The notes beneath the pieces are model-generated. The model ran no database searches, was not told where the DNA came from, and saw only the letters and a program-made list of their open reading frames with translations. A DNA stretch of 64,000 bases, taken from assembly GCA_020891255.1 (NCBI GenBank), contig BQFW01000005.1:620001-684000 (forward strand), read 5' to 3'. Made by a program: the position numbers and the translations under genes. Numbering within the stretch: the stretch's first letter is position 1; every line of letters starts with the position of its first letter. Below are positions 24,499-34,607 of this stretch, piece by piece. The stretch comes from Entomortierella parvispora E1425. Taxonomy: Eukaryota; Fungi; Mortierellomycota.

Positions 24499-26363
24499 AT
24501 GTCCTCCACCATGGACCAAGTAGTTTGCGATCAAGAGGATGCGATCGAGGAGGAAGATGAAGTACGCACAAACAACGCACGAAACTTATGCAACCATAAT
24601 GAATGGATATCGTCACGTCTTTTTTTTCGCCGTTTTTTCGCGCTATGTCAGCAGCCACTAAGTCTGTCGATCTCTTCGCGCCACCATGATCCCCTCATCT
24701 AGGAGATGGACTTTACCCGTAACTTTCAGGAAAAATAGAACTTCGATGATGATGATGTGCCTTTCTCGAGTTGGTGGCAACTGAACACGGCCCCTCCCCT
24801 CCTTGTAGTGGTCGATGATCTTCAGAACCATGGAATCAATGCAGCAGACATCACAAAGCTAAAGCAAGCTGGTGTCTGCACTGTCCAGGTGAGCTCGTCT
24901 TCATCCTCCAACGCCATGCTTGTGTCAAGCTTTGGATTTAAAAAAGTCTAATAGTCCTCTCTCATTTACATTGAGTCTAGTGCGTTCAAATGATGACCAA
25001 AAAGACCCTTTGTCGCATCAAAGGATTCTCTGAGGTAATATCAGTGGAAAAACAGTTGCTCTCCTCACACGGCGTTGCTCGACTCAACTGATGATGGCGG
25101 TATCTTCGTTCGCGACTCATGTTTGCAGGCCAAGGTCGACAAACTCAAGGAGGCCGCAGCGAAACTCAGCAGCGCCTCCTTCATAACTGGGCTCGAGTAC
25201 AGCGTGCAGCGCAAAAAGGTCATGATCATTTCTACCGGGGCCAAGCAGCTTGATGAGCTTATCGGAGGTACTTTCTGACTGATCAAAAAAAAAAAAAAAA
25301 AAAAAAAAATCTTGTGGGACCCTGACCAACCTTCAAAACAACTGTTGTAGGCGGCATCCAGACTATGGCGATCACCGAGGCATTTGGAGAGTTCCGAACT
25401 GGAAAGACTCAGATCGGTCATACCCTGTGCGTGATAGCCCAACTTCCGGTGGCAATGGGCGGTGGCAATGGCAAGGTTGGTGCCTTGCACTGTACGCTAT
25501 CTAAAGGATCGAGTCACTTGAGTCCTAGCTAAAGAATCCTACTTGTCATCGATTTTAGGCGGCCTACATTGACACTGAGGGCACATTCCGTCATGAGAGA
25601 ATCAAATCTATCGCCAATCGTTTTGGTATCGACTCGGAGGCTGCACTCGAAAACATTCTTGTTGCTCGGGCCTATAACTCTGAACATCAGATGGAACTCA
25701 TCACTGAGATTGCTGCTCGATTCGCAGAAGAGAAAGGAATCTTCCGTCTCCTAGTAAGTACTCGGATTATCGACTGAAGGCTCAACCGCTCGCGCCACTT
25801 ATCTGAACAATGAAAATCCAACATATATAGGTGATCGACAGCATCATTGCCCTCTTCCGCACTGATTTCTCAGGTCGAGGCGAACTATCAGAGCGCCAGC
25901 AAAAGTTGAACCAGATGCTGAGTCGGCTGACCAAGATTGCAGAAGAGTTCAATGTGGCTGTCTACCTCACGAATCAGGTCCAGTCAGACCCCGGCGCAGG
26001 AATGACGTTCGTGGCTGACCCAAAGAAACCAGTTGGAGGCCACATCATGGTAAACCAATTGGGCCCTCGTTTTGCGTTTGCTTTTGCTTTGATTTTACAA
26101 ACGTGAGTCAACCAACACTGTTTATATTATAGGCTCACGCTTCGACTACTCGACTCTATCTTCGCAAGGGCAGGGGAGAAGAACGGATTGCCAAGGTCTA
26201 CGACAGTCCTGATGTGCCTGAGGCCGAAGCGCGTAAGCTCCATTAAACATCCGTGCCGATTGGTTTTCCGTTCCAAGACAAACTATTAACAGACTTAATC
26301 TTCACTATCGATCGTGTGGCAGCGTACGCTATCTCGAATGGGGGCATAGTCGATGTCAGCTAA
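24499..26363 (+). CDS. DMC1: Meiosis-specific recombinase DMC1, about 343 aa, 10 exons
   Basis: Exons 24499-24561, 24703-24718, 24809-24888, 24981-25034, 25129-25267, 25351-25475, 25559-25753, 25831-26049, 26133-26232 and 26323-26363 join in frame at GT-AG sites. [25 protein letters not shown] and [14 protein letters not shown] are DMC1-type rather than RAD51-type. Confidence 0.93.
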
Positions 26364-26866
26364 GCAGCTTTTTTGGATTGCCTCATCTTTGTTGCCCTTC
26401 ATAAGAGTGAAGTCAATTCTGCGCCAGATCAACTCTGTGATTTTGATCCCATGGAGATATTCCAATAACCAGACAATAAAAAAAAAGACGATTTTCTGCT
26501 GAACTGAAAAGTGCAGCATGATGAGATGAGAATCCCAATCCATTGAACAATTCGATATGTTCTTTTCAGATAAAGGGTGGGCTTGATCAACCCAGTCGAG
26601 TGCAATTGCTTTGACCACGATGAAACACCTCGGCAGGATTTCTGAAAAAAAAAAAGCGCGAGACCCTTGACCAAGAGCTCAAGCAACAATTGAAGACCAT
26701 GCAAGAAGAGATCACGTTTTGTAGATATTTTTTGGTTTTAATATAAAAATACAATGCAAACAGCAAAAAGACGATGCATGATGGTTCTAAGCTGGTTATT
26801 GAGGGGGATATACACGCAACCCAAGCAAGAGTTGCAATTTTTTTTGTGGGAAAAGATTCCACAGGT

Positions 26867-28480
26867 TTAAGCAGACTCAGCGGCATCGGCAGTCTTGATT
26901 CCACGCTGCTCAATCTCCTCAAGGGACATGCCCTTGGTCTCGGGGATGAGGAAGGTGCACAAGAAACCGAGACCCATGACACCGGCAAAGATGCCGAGCA
27001 ACTGGGGCAAGAAAGCATGCTCACCAGGGGCTCCACCAATCTCGGCAACCTTGTTGAACAAGAAAGTGGCCAAGATGGCACCGAGCTTGCCAGAGGCAGC
27101 AGAGATACCGTGGGCAGTAGCGCGGACACGGGTAGGGAAGACCTCACCGGGAACGACAAAGGTGGTGGTGTTGGGTCCAAAGTTGAAGAAGAACTGGGCC
27201 AAGGTGAAGATGGCAACGAAGAGGGGAACAATCTTCTGCAACTGGTGGAAGGCAGCGGACAAGATGGCGAAGAGAATGGTCAACATGCCGAAACCCATGA
27301 ACTGGATGCGCTTGCGACCCATCTTCTCGATCAGGAAAACGGTGAACCAGTAACCGGGGACGAAACCGAGGAGGGAGACAGTCAAGTTGCCGAGGGTGGT
27401 TCTCCAGAGGGAATCGTAAACGGTCCCGTCACCCTTGAAACCCATGGAGTTCAAAACGTAACCCTGGTTGAGGGAGATACCGTAGAAAGCAATATCGAGC
27501 AAGAACCAAGTCGAGGAAGTTCCAATGAGAACCTTGAGGTTCTCCCAGCGAGAAAAGTACTCGATAAAGTCGCGGTTGTGGTTACGCTTGGCCTTGGCAT
27601 CGGCAACGGCAGTTTGGTTGGCAGCGGCATCGGCAGTGGAGTCCTCGACATCAGTGGAGGTGGCGCGGGCGACAGCAGCGTTGGCCTTCTCGACATCGTT
27701 CTCGACATCCATGGCATAGCGGGGAGACTCGGGCATTGTCAAACGAAGGTAAATGGTAGAGACAGCGGGGATGCAGCCAACACCAACACAGATACGCCAG
27801 ACGTAGTCGAGGTTGTCGACATCGCTGATGATGGCAGTCTTGAAGCAGGCGAGGACAATGAGGGTGACGACCGAGGCCATCATGTTACCGATACCCTGCA
27901 TCGAGAAGATGATCGACATGAGCTGACCGCGACGACCAGCAGAGGCCCACTCAGAGGTGACAGTGGCAGACATGGGGTAATCACCACCGATACCGACACC
28001 GAGGATGAAACGCCAGAAGGTCAAGTACTCAATGACAGTCGAACCCTTGGCGTTGGAACCGACCATAGCGCAGCAAAAGGTACCGAGAATAATGATCATC
28101 AACTCCATTCCGTAAATCTTTTGACGACCGTAGGCGTCACCGAGGTAACCAAAGACGAGCTGACCGACCAAGGTACCGAAAGAGGCCATACCCTTGAGGG
28201 CACCCTCAGTGCCGGAGGGGATGTGACCGCCAGTCTCCTTGTAGTAGACATATCCCAACATGGGGACGATCAAGTTGATGATGAAGACATCATAGGCATC
28301 GGTGAAGAAACCGGTACCAGAGGTGATCAAGGTGCGGATGGTGAACCAGTTCCAGGACTGCTCATCCTCCAAGGCAGCAAGGGCGACCTTGGGCTTGAGG
28401 GTGGCAGCATCTTCTTGCTTGTCCTCGGGGAAGTCGGCAACGAGGGCCTTCTCGTTGCTTGGTGATCCAGCAGCAGACAT
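26867..28480 (-). CDS. PHO84: Pho84-type phosphate:H+ symporter (MFS), intronless, 537 aa
   Basis: Motifs SGTGFFTDAYDVF, GDAYGRQKIYG, GIGGDYPMSA, RLTMPESPRY, FFNFGPNTTTF, FPTRVRATAHGISAASGKLGA and IPETKGMSLEEI. Confidence 0.95.
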   Translation of the reverse strand: MSAAGSPSNEKALVADFPEDKQEDAATLKPKVALAALEDEQSWNWFTIRTLITSGTGFFTDAYDVFIINLIVPMLGYVYYKETGGHIPSGTEGALKGMASFGTLVGQLVFGYLGDAYGRQKIYGMELMIIILGTFCCAMVGSNAKGSTVIEYLTFWRFILGVGIGGDYPMSATVTSEWASAGRRGQLMSIIFSMQGIGNMMASVVTLIVLACFKTAIISDVDNLDYVWRICVGVGCIPAVSTIYLRLTMPESPRYAMDVENDVEKANAAVARATSTDVEDSTADAAANQTAVADAKAKRNHNRDFIEYFSRWENLKVLIGTSSTWFLLDIAFYGISLNQGYVLNSMGFKGDGTVYDSLWRTTLGNLTVSLLGFVPGYWFTVFLIEKMGRKRIQFMGFGMLTILFAILSAAFHQLQKIVPLFVAIFTLAQFFFNFGPNTTTFVVPGEVFPTRVRATAHGISAASGKLGAILATFLFNKVAEIGGAPGEHAFLPQLLGIFAGVMGLGFLCTFLIPETKGMSLEEIEQRGIKTADAAESA

Positions 28481-28855
28481 TGTATGGGATGTGTGAGGGG
28501 GAGGGGAGGGGGAGGGGAGGGGAAGGAGGAAGGAGGTAGAGTGTGCTCGGTTCTGAAGAAGAGAGTACAAACAGTTGCGAATGCAAGAGTGAGAGAGGAG
28601 GAGATGACTGAAGAGAAGAGTGAGGAACCAAAAAAAGACAGGCAGGGGAGCAAGGTATTTATACCATTATACCAGGGAACGAAAAGAGGTAGACAGACGC
28701 CTCGATCCAGCCGTCTGCCTGTCCCCTGGGATACACTCCTCCGCCATCCGTCGGATTCGGGCGGAGAAGAGAAAAGATCGCTCCAAATCGACCGGTCGCG
28801 TGTGGGTTGCACAATGGTACAAAAGGGTTGAGCGCGAAAATTGAGCTGGGCCATG

Positions 28856-28932
28856 TCTAGCCAATCGACGCAGCACCACCCCTGGCCAATCGACTTGTTG
28901 CCCCTAGAACGTGTGGATATTTCTAGCCAATC
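28856..28932. promoter_or_regulatory. Cluster of three GCCAATC (CCAAT-box) motifs plus an AACGTG E-box upstream of PHO84
   Basis: GCCAATC at 28860, 28885 and 28926, with TCTAGCCAATC present twice. AACGTG at 28908. Confidence 0.4.
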
Positions 28933-30833
28933 ACCGCGCTTTTCCTGCATGCATGTCTCGACGGCTGGTCAAAAGCGCACTGCCTCGACCCTATTTTCGC
29001 CATTCTGTTGGCTTCTCCCAGGGGCTGCGCGCTGATCGAAGTGGCAAATTGGTATACCTCCCCCTCTGCCAGAAATACACTTGTTTGGTATTACTGGCCC
29101 TCCATCCGCCCGGCGCTGCGAAAGATTGATTGCCCGGTCCTCTCTTTGGACTACCTAGAATACCTGGATTCGCTCTTCTGATACTCCCATCTCGCTTCTG
29201 CCTCCTGTTTGTGGATGAGCTACTCCTATCTCAGCTCAAGGGAACCCAATCCTAGATCCTCTCATGTTCCAGTCATACCTTTCGGGACAAGGAAAACATG
29301 ATCGAAACCCCTTGGACTGAAAGATTGTGGACTTGCGATCCCTCGCCGAGACCTCTTTTGTCTTGATTTCCTTTACCGGGTCAGTCAAGACACCCACAAC
29401 TCACAAAGATGTTTATGGAAATCATATCCCCCGGGAGCGACAAAAAATGTTTCACTCATCGACTCTTTCCAACTAAAGAGACAAAACGGCGGAGAGGGCG
29501 GACATGCTCCAGCCTGCAACATGCTCGAGTCTGCAACAACATAACTAAGCCCCGCAACTAGTAGCTCAAGCCCGCAGCAATAGCCATAGTAGAGACTATC
29601 GTTTTGACTGAGATAAGCCAACAGACAGGGGGGGAAAGCAACTCTCTGCAGAATCCCAGGAAATGTGCATTTTCAGGCACGACCACCGCCCTTTTCTCTT
29701 TTTTTTTTTTTTTTTTTTTTTGATTTTGTGAGAGAAGATGGGCAAGGAAGATGGTCCCTGCGCGCTCACACAGTTCCACACATTCAAGGGCGCCATCTGG
29801 TCGTGTGAGTTGTGCATTGACTGTCGTGTGGTGTGTTTTCTTTCTGTTCAACTTTTCACCTCAACAACAAAAGGGACGACACAATGAAACGAGCTGCAAC
29901 ACGTTGCGGTTGACAAGAACCCAAAAGGAAAACTGTGCTTCAGGGCCTTCTGCTTTAATACATCTGGGGCGATGAGAGCCCCGACGTTGAACAACGAACC
30001 CACCGACGACAACCACACGTGCTGGTCGGACTGAAGTCGCAGAAAAAAAGATGTTTGGCAGTCACCAAGCGTCCACTCAATTTTTTTCTCTTCGATGTCC
30101 GCCTTGTTGGATTACAGAAGCGGTGCCTGTCCTGTGCGCTCCTTGTCAAGCCAGCCCCTTGTCCCCCCTCCAAAAAATTTCACTTTAACAAAGGTTGAAA
30201 GCTCCAGGATATGATCACCCCCCTCCAGGCTTATTAAGTTCTATGACACAGCCGCTTCAGGTTTTGACCCTGTCAGTACCGGCTAACGACACGACTTTGA
30301 TATTCTCAAACACCGCCAGGAGCATGCGACTCATACAGTGCAACTTCTTCAGCCACCCCCCTCCTCGTCCATGTTGTCTATGGAGAGCAACTCCTCTGAT
30401 GAATATGGCAACGAAATCGAAGAACAGAACTCGTCTCTCGATGCCCTCTCGCCTCTGCCTACCCTTTGATCGTTGATTGCTTTTGTGTATCAAGTCGAAA
30501 CATACCCCCTTTTGCATACCGCCTACTGTACTGGCACCGGAAATGAAGTACCGAGGTAGTTTTCGCGATGCCTATCCTCTTTGATGTCCTCCTATTTGGA
30601 CTAGTCCTGCCTTCCAAAAGCGCCTATTGTGCGAACGCAGTAGAGTCTTGACTAACACCTGCCACGGTCTAATGCCAAGTTGAGCAATTGCCAAGAATCT
30701 ACGACTTTGAGTACCAGCCCTTTTGGTCAGTCGGAAGACTTGATAACATCATTTTTCCGTCACCAGAATATGAAGGCCAAGTTTTGGTCTATGGAGTCAT
30801 GATTTCGATCTGGCACATTCATAGCAGCTCACG

Positions 30834-30865
<32 letters not shown>

Positions 30866-31270
30866 GATGTTCTTCACTGTTGAAAGAGGGAGTGAGGTCA
30901 TTGGGATTTCCTCGGTAATGGCTGCATTGCTTCTTGTACCACCACTGTGGTGCCTCGGTCAAGGAAAAGAGGAGGATGGACAAGCACAGACGCAGCCATG
31001 ACATATTTGTTCGGTGACTGGCCATGAGCATGGGGTCATGGTGACGACATTACCAAGCTTATCTCACTTTGAGTGGAATGACCATCGCGCTTGGATCTGA
31101 CGCGTTGTGCGCCCCTGGGTTTCCCTCCGCTCTCATTTCCCTCCACAGAATCAGGCACACGGCGAGAACTATAAAGATATGTCCGTTTTCCCATCTTCGT
31201 TATTATCAGCTTTTCTCTCGCTCTCAACAATACCCCACCCTTCTTTCCAAGACAACAAACTACAACAAAC

Positions 31271-31597
31271 ATGTGCGGAACCATTGAATGCATTGCCTGG
31301 GTAAGCAGCTCTATCCATCCTCCACCGTTCTTTCTTCTCATGCAGAAAGTACCAGACGATTAACAAACTCCAACTTTGTATCCTTCCCCACAAAAGGACG
31401 GCCTTATCATTGTCGGATTCATTCTCCTGATCGTCTGGATTTTGGGATTGGCCGGAGTTATCACCATCGGATCGACAGCTGGACTCAAGCACATCTTCAT
31501 TGTTCTCGCCGTTGTCTTCATCATCGCGTGGATCTTCACTCGCTTCTGTTGTGGTGGACGTCGCCGCTATGGTCGCCGCGGAGGAGCAATCGTCTAA
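31271..31597 (+). CDS. Small two-TM membrane protein, 76 aa (exons 31271-31300 and 31397-31597); paralogue A
   Basis: MCGTIECIAW|DGLIIVGFILLIVWILGLAGVITIGSTAGLKHIFIVLAVVFIIAWIFTRFCCGGRRRYGRRGGAIV. Canonical GTAAGC...AAAG intron, TATAAA at 31170, and a clear neighbouring paralogue. Confidence 0.85.
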
Positions 31598-32193
31598 GGA
31601 ACTCGCATGGTACATCATCGCCCACCCCTAATTGTAATTCACAAAGATCACTTACTATTTGTATCAACATGCAATAAATCCTGACCTACCTAGTACAAAA
31701 AAAACAGTCTACGCACTCTACATACCTTCCGGCACCCTGAACGTTGTTGTCGTGGCGAATGTTTACAACGCGGTCGAGAAAAGTGCCTCATTCATACCCC
31801 CCTGAAAAATATCGCAACGGAGCACGCGGCGGTCACAGCAAGATCAATCTACTCTTAGTCGCTTTAGCGGACGCATCATGCATCCATTTCTTCAAAACAG
31901 CCGTAATCCCTCAGTCTTCTCTCTGTTTTCCAGCTCATTCACTGTTCAAGCCCCCCCCCACACACAGCTCGGAACGAGCTCCATTCTGTTTTTCAATCTT
32001 GTTTTCAGCATCCTTTTACCTTTTTCTCCCTCTTTTTTCTCAATCTTTTCCTTCTTTTCCTTCACTCACTCACCTCTCACTGTTTGTATCTTTCTATCCT
32101 TCTTGCACTCATTCATTGCTTTGAACAGATTTTGTTCACGTCCAACACGCACCACTAGTTTCCAGTACTCCTGCCTTTTAAGACGAAAAAAGA

Positions 32194-32658
32194 ATGTGTT
32201 TGGCGATCGAGCTTGTAGCCTACGATGGCTTGATGGTCATTGGACTGATCCTCGTAATGAAGAAACACCTCACTTCAAGTCGAACAACCAATTGCTCTTC
32301 CCATGACTAACTCTTTTCTCTCTCCTCCCACCTCCCACCTCACTCAACAACTTGACAGCTGATAGTCTGGATCCTTGCCATGACAGATGTCATCTATATT
32401 CGGACCTACGGTAAAAAACAGAAAAAAATGTCCATGTTGCTACCCTTGTTGAAGGCCAACGATTCCCGCCCCCCTTTTTTCGCAGCATCTCCTTTTTTTT
32501 TGTTTGTTCTAACGATATTGCTGTGGTTTTTTTTGTTGTTGTTCCTGTCACAAGGTCTTGAACACATCTTTGTTGCTTTGGCTGCCGTTTTTATCATTGC
32601 CTGGATCTTCACTCGCTGTTGCTGCAACCGTCGTCGAGGCGTTCCCGTCATTGTCTAG
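32194..32658 (+). CDS. Small two-TM membrane protein, 71 aa (exons 32194-32253, 32359-32410 and 32555-32658); paralogue B
   Basis: MCLAIELVAYDGLMVIGLIL|LIVWILAMTDVIYIRTYG|LEHIFVALAAVFIIAWIFTRCCCNRRRGVPVIV. Both introns are GT-AG with CTAAC branch points, and the spliced product is colinear with paralogue A. Confidence 0.85.
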
Positions 32659-33048
32659 GATGGGCGAAAAAAAAGCACAGAGACAACATACTCTATGTGC
32701 GTTTGACCACTCTATTAGTAATCTCCTACCCACACAAATCTACATCCATAATTAGTCTCGCATCGCAGACAACAGAATTTATTAATCGCTGACAGGCGAC
32801 CAGAAAAAAAAAGAATAAATAATGCTTTTCTTGCGCCAGCTCGTATATAAACCCAGTGAGGGCTTCGAATAGCCTGCCTTCATCTCAAGATCTTCTTGCA
32901 TGGTTGATTCTCAGCAACAATCATATCTCTCTCGCCCGACCGAATCTCACACCAGCAGGGGTAGAATGAACGAGGCCCGGCCTAGGAAAAAAGAGGTGCC
33001 GCAGGAAGTGTTGTCTACCTGGGCAAAAAAAGAAACTGCAAAAGGAAG

Positions 33049-33120
33049 TGCCCACAGCAGGGATCGAACCTGCTACCTTCTGCTTACTAGGCAGACGCTC
33101 TACCAATGAGCTATGCGGGC
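33049..33120 (-). tRNA. tRNA-Thr(AGT), intronless
   Basis: Minus strand reads GCCCGCA TA GCTC ATTGGTA GAGC G TCTGC CT-AGT-AA GCAGA AGGTA GCAGG TTCGATC CCTGC TGTGGGC A. All four stems pair, and T-runs follow as a Pol III terminator. Confidence 0.95.
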
Positions 33121-34607
33121 TTAGAAGCTTGATAATTTGGAATAGTTTTTGCGACCTAAAAAGTACTTTTCCAAAGGCAAACCTTAATAACAAATAATCG
33201 GTATAAAAATATAGAATAAAAAATAAATTAATGGTATTGCACTTCCTCGACATAGCAAATAAAATGTTGCAAAAAAAAAAAAAAAAAAAAAAAATAATAA
33301 AGAAAACGGTCGAGAGAGGGGACACTGCCCGACTGAACTTCAAAACACTGCACAGGATTCCGACACTCACCGTCATACAAGTGCTCTCTGATGACTGTGT
33401 CGCACAGCCTCGGAAGACAAAAATCGTGTTTGGACTTACCTTAACGCTTTCAACCGATAACAGCAACCGATAACAGCTGATATGGAAGAAGCAGTTGTAA
33501 CAATTCTAAAGTGGAGCAGGGCCGCCATCAAAAAGCCAGTGAAGATGCCAGCCAAAGACATCTCAAGCAACAAGCCCAGACACCCAATATTTAGCCCAAA
33601 ATTACTTCAAAGATACCAGTCATTGGACATGGTTGTGTGGGCATCACTGTTACTCTGCCTTCTATGACTTGCCAACGATCTGTCCTCCGGAGTGGGGACA
33701 GATCACCGCCCCATTGATATCGGCTCACCCTATCGTCACTGCCTACCAAGGACTACTACATTCGGCTCTAATCAAGGTCTAGACGCCAATTATTAAAGGC
33801 CCTGGGCTTTTGCCCCCAGTTGCGCGGGGATCCAAAGTCTTAGATCATCTGGACCATACGGCTTTGTTCAGCTTTCAGATAGTTTGGTCTCGCGCTTCAC
33901 TTGTCTGGTTCAACAAGGCAAGTAAAATGTTGGAAAAAACAAAAAAAAAAAAAAAAAAAAAAACCTGTTTGTCTGCGCCTGAGGCCTCCATTCTCTACCT
34001 CTAAAGATGTTGCAACTGACATTTGTACAATCGGCATTTGTGCAATTGGGATCTGGAGACGTCCCCTACGATCTTGAAAGTAGGACGAGAGATGATGGGC
34101 TGTCAGGCCTGCGACCAAAGGTTGGATCTTGAACAGGGGATAAAAAGGGGACCAAAAGATCTGCAGGAAGAGGAGCTGGGTATTGACCTTGCATCTGTGA
34201 TCCTGCACTTTCTCGTTCCTTTCTCCTTGCCAACAACACTCCCTTCCCATGGGCCAAGGAACTGTCAACTTGTTTCTTCATTCAGCGCAGGCGTGCCATC
34301 TACTCCGCCCTCCCCTCGTCCTCCGCATCTCTCTCATTCCTCATAGCTAAAAGCAAAGCAAGGAGTACATTCTTTTAAAAAAGAAGGTACCCAGAGATTG
34401 CCAGAACCTTTTGTTGAAGAGTCGAGGAAGTTGTTTATTTCAAAAGCAAAGATTTGTATTCCAGAGTCTGATTTCTGATCCATTGCAAGTTATTACGAGT
34501 GGAACGCAGAGGATTGTTGCATATGCGATGTTGGGGTCGATGACCGCCTGAGTCGCGTATTGAAAAAGAGGGGCCTATAAAGCGGGCGCAAAAGTGTAGA
34601 GAGGTCA

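Noticed and set aside
26774-28465. 563-aa ORF antisense to PHO84
   Set aside because: It is an in-register shadow of a strongly codon-biased gene. The product is G/D/E/V-rich with no recognisable motif.
30688-30918. 76-aa ORF MPRIYDFEYQPFW...
   Set aside because: It has a TTG start, runs into an A-tract and shows no recognisable homology.
32900-33466. ORFs overlapping the tRNA-Thr gene
   Set aside because: Fully explained by the tRNA and flanking A/T tracts.
33440-33560. Short hydrophobic minus-strand ORF (MSLAGIFTGF...GCCYRLKAL) ending at a GTAAGT donor
   Set aside because: No convincing downstream exon, and no real similarity to the microprotein pair.
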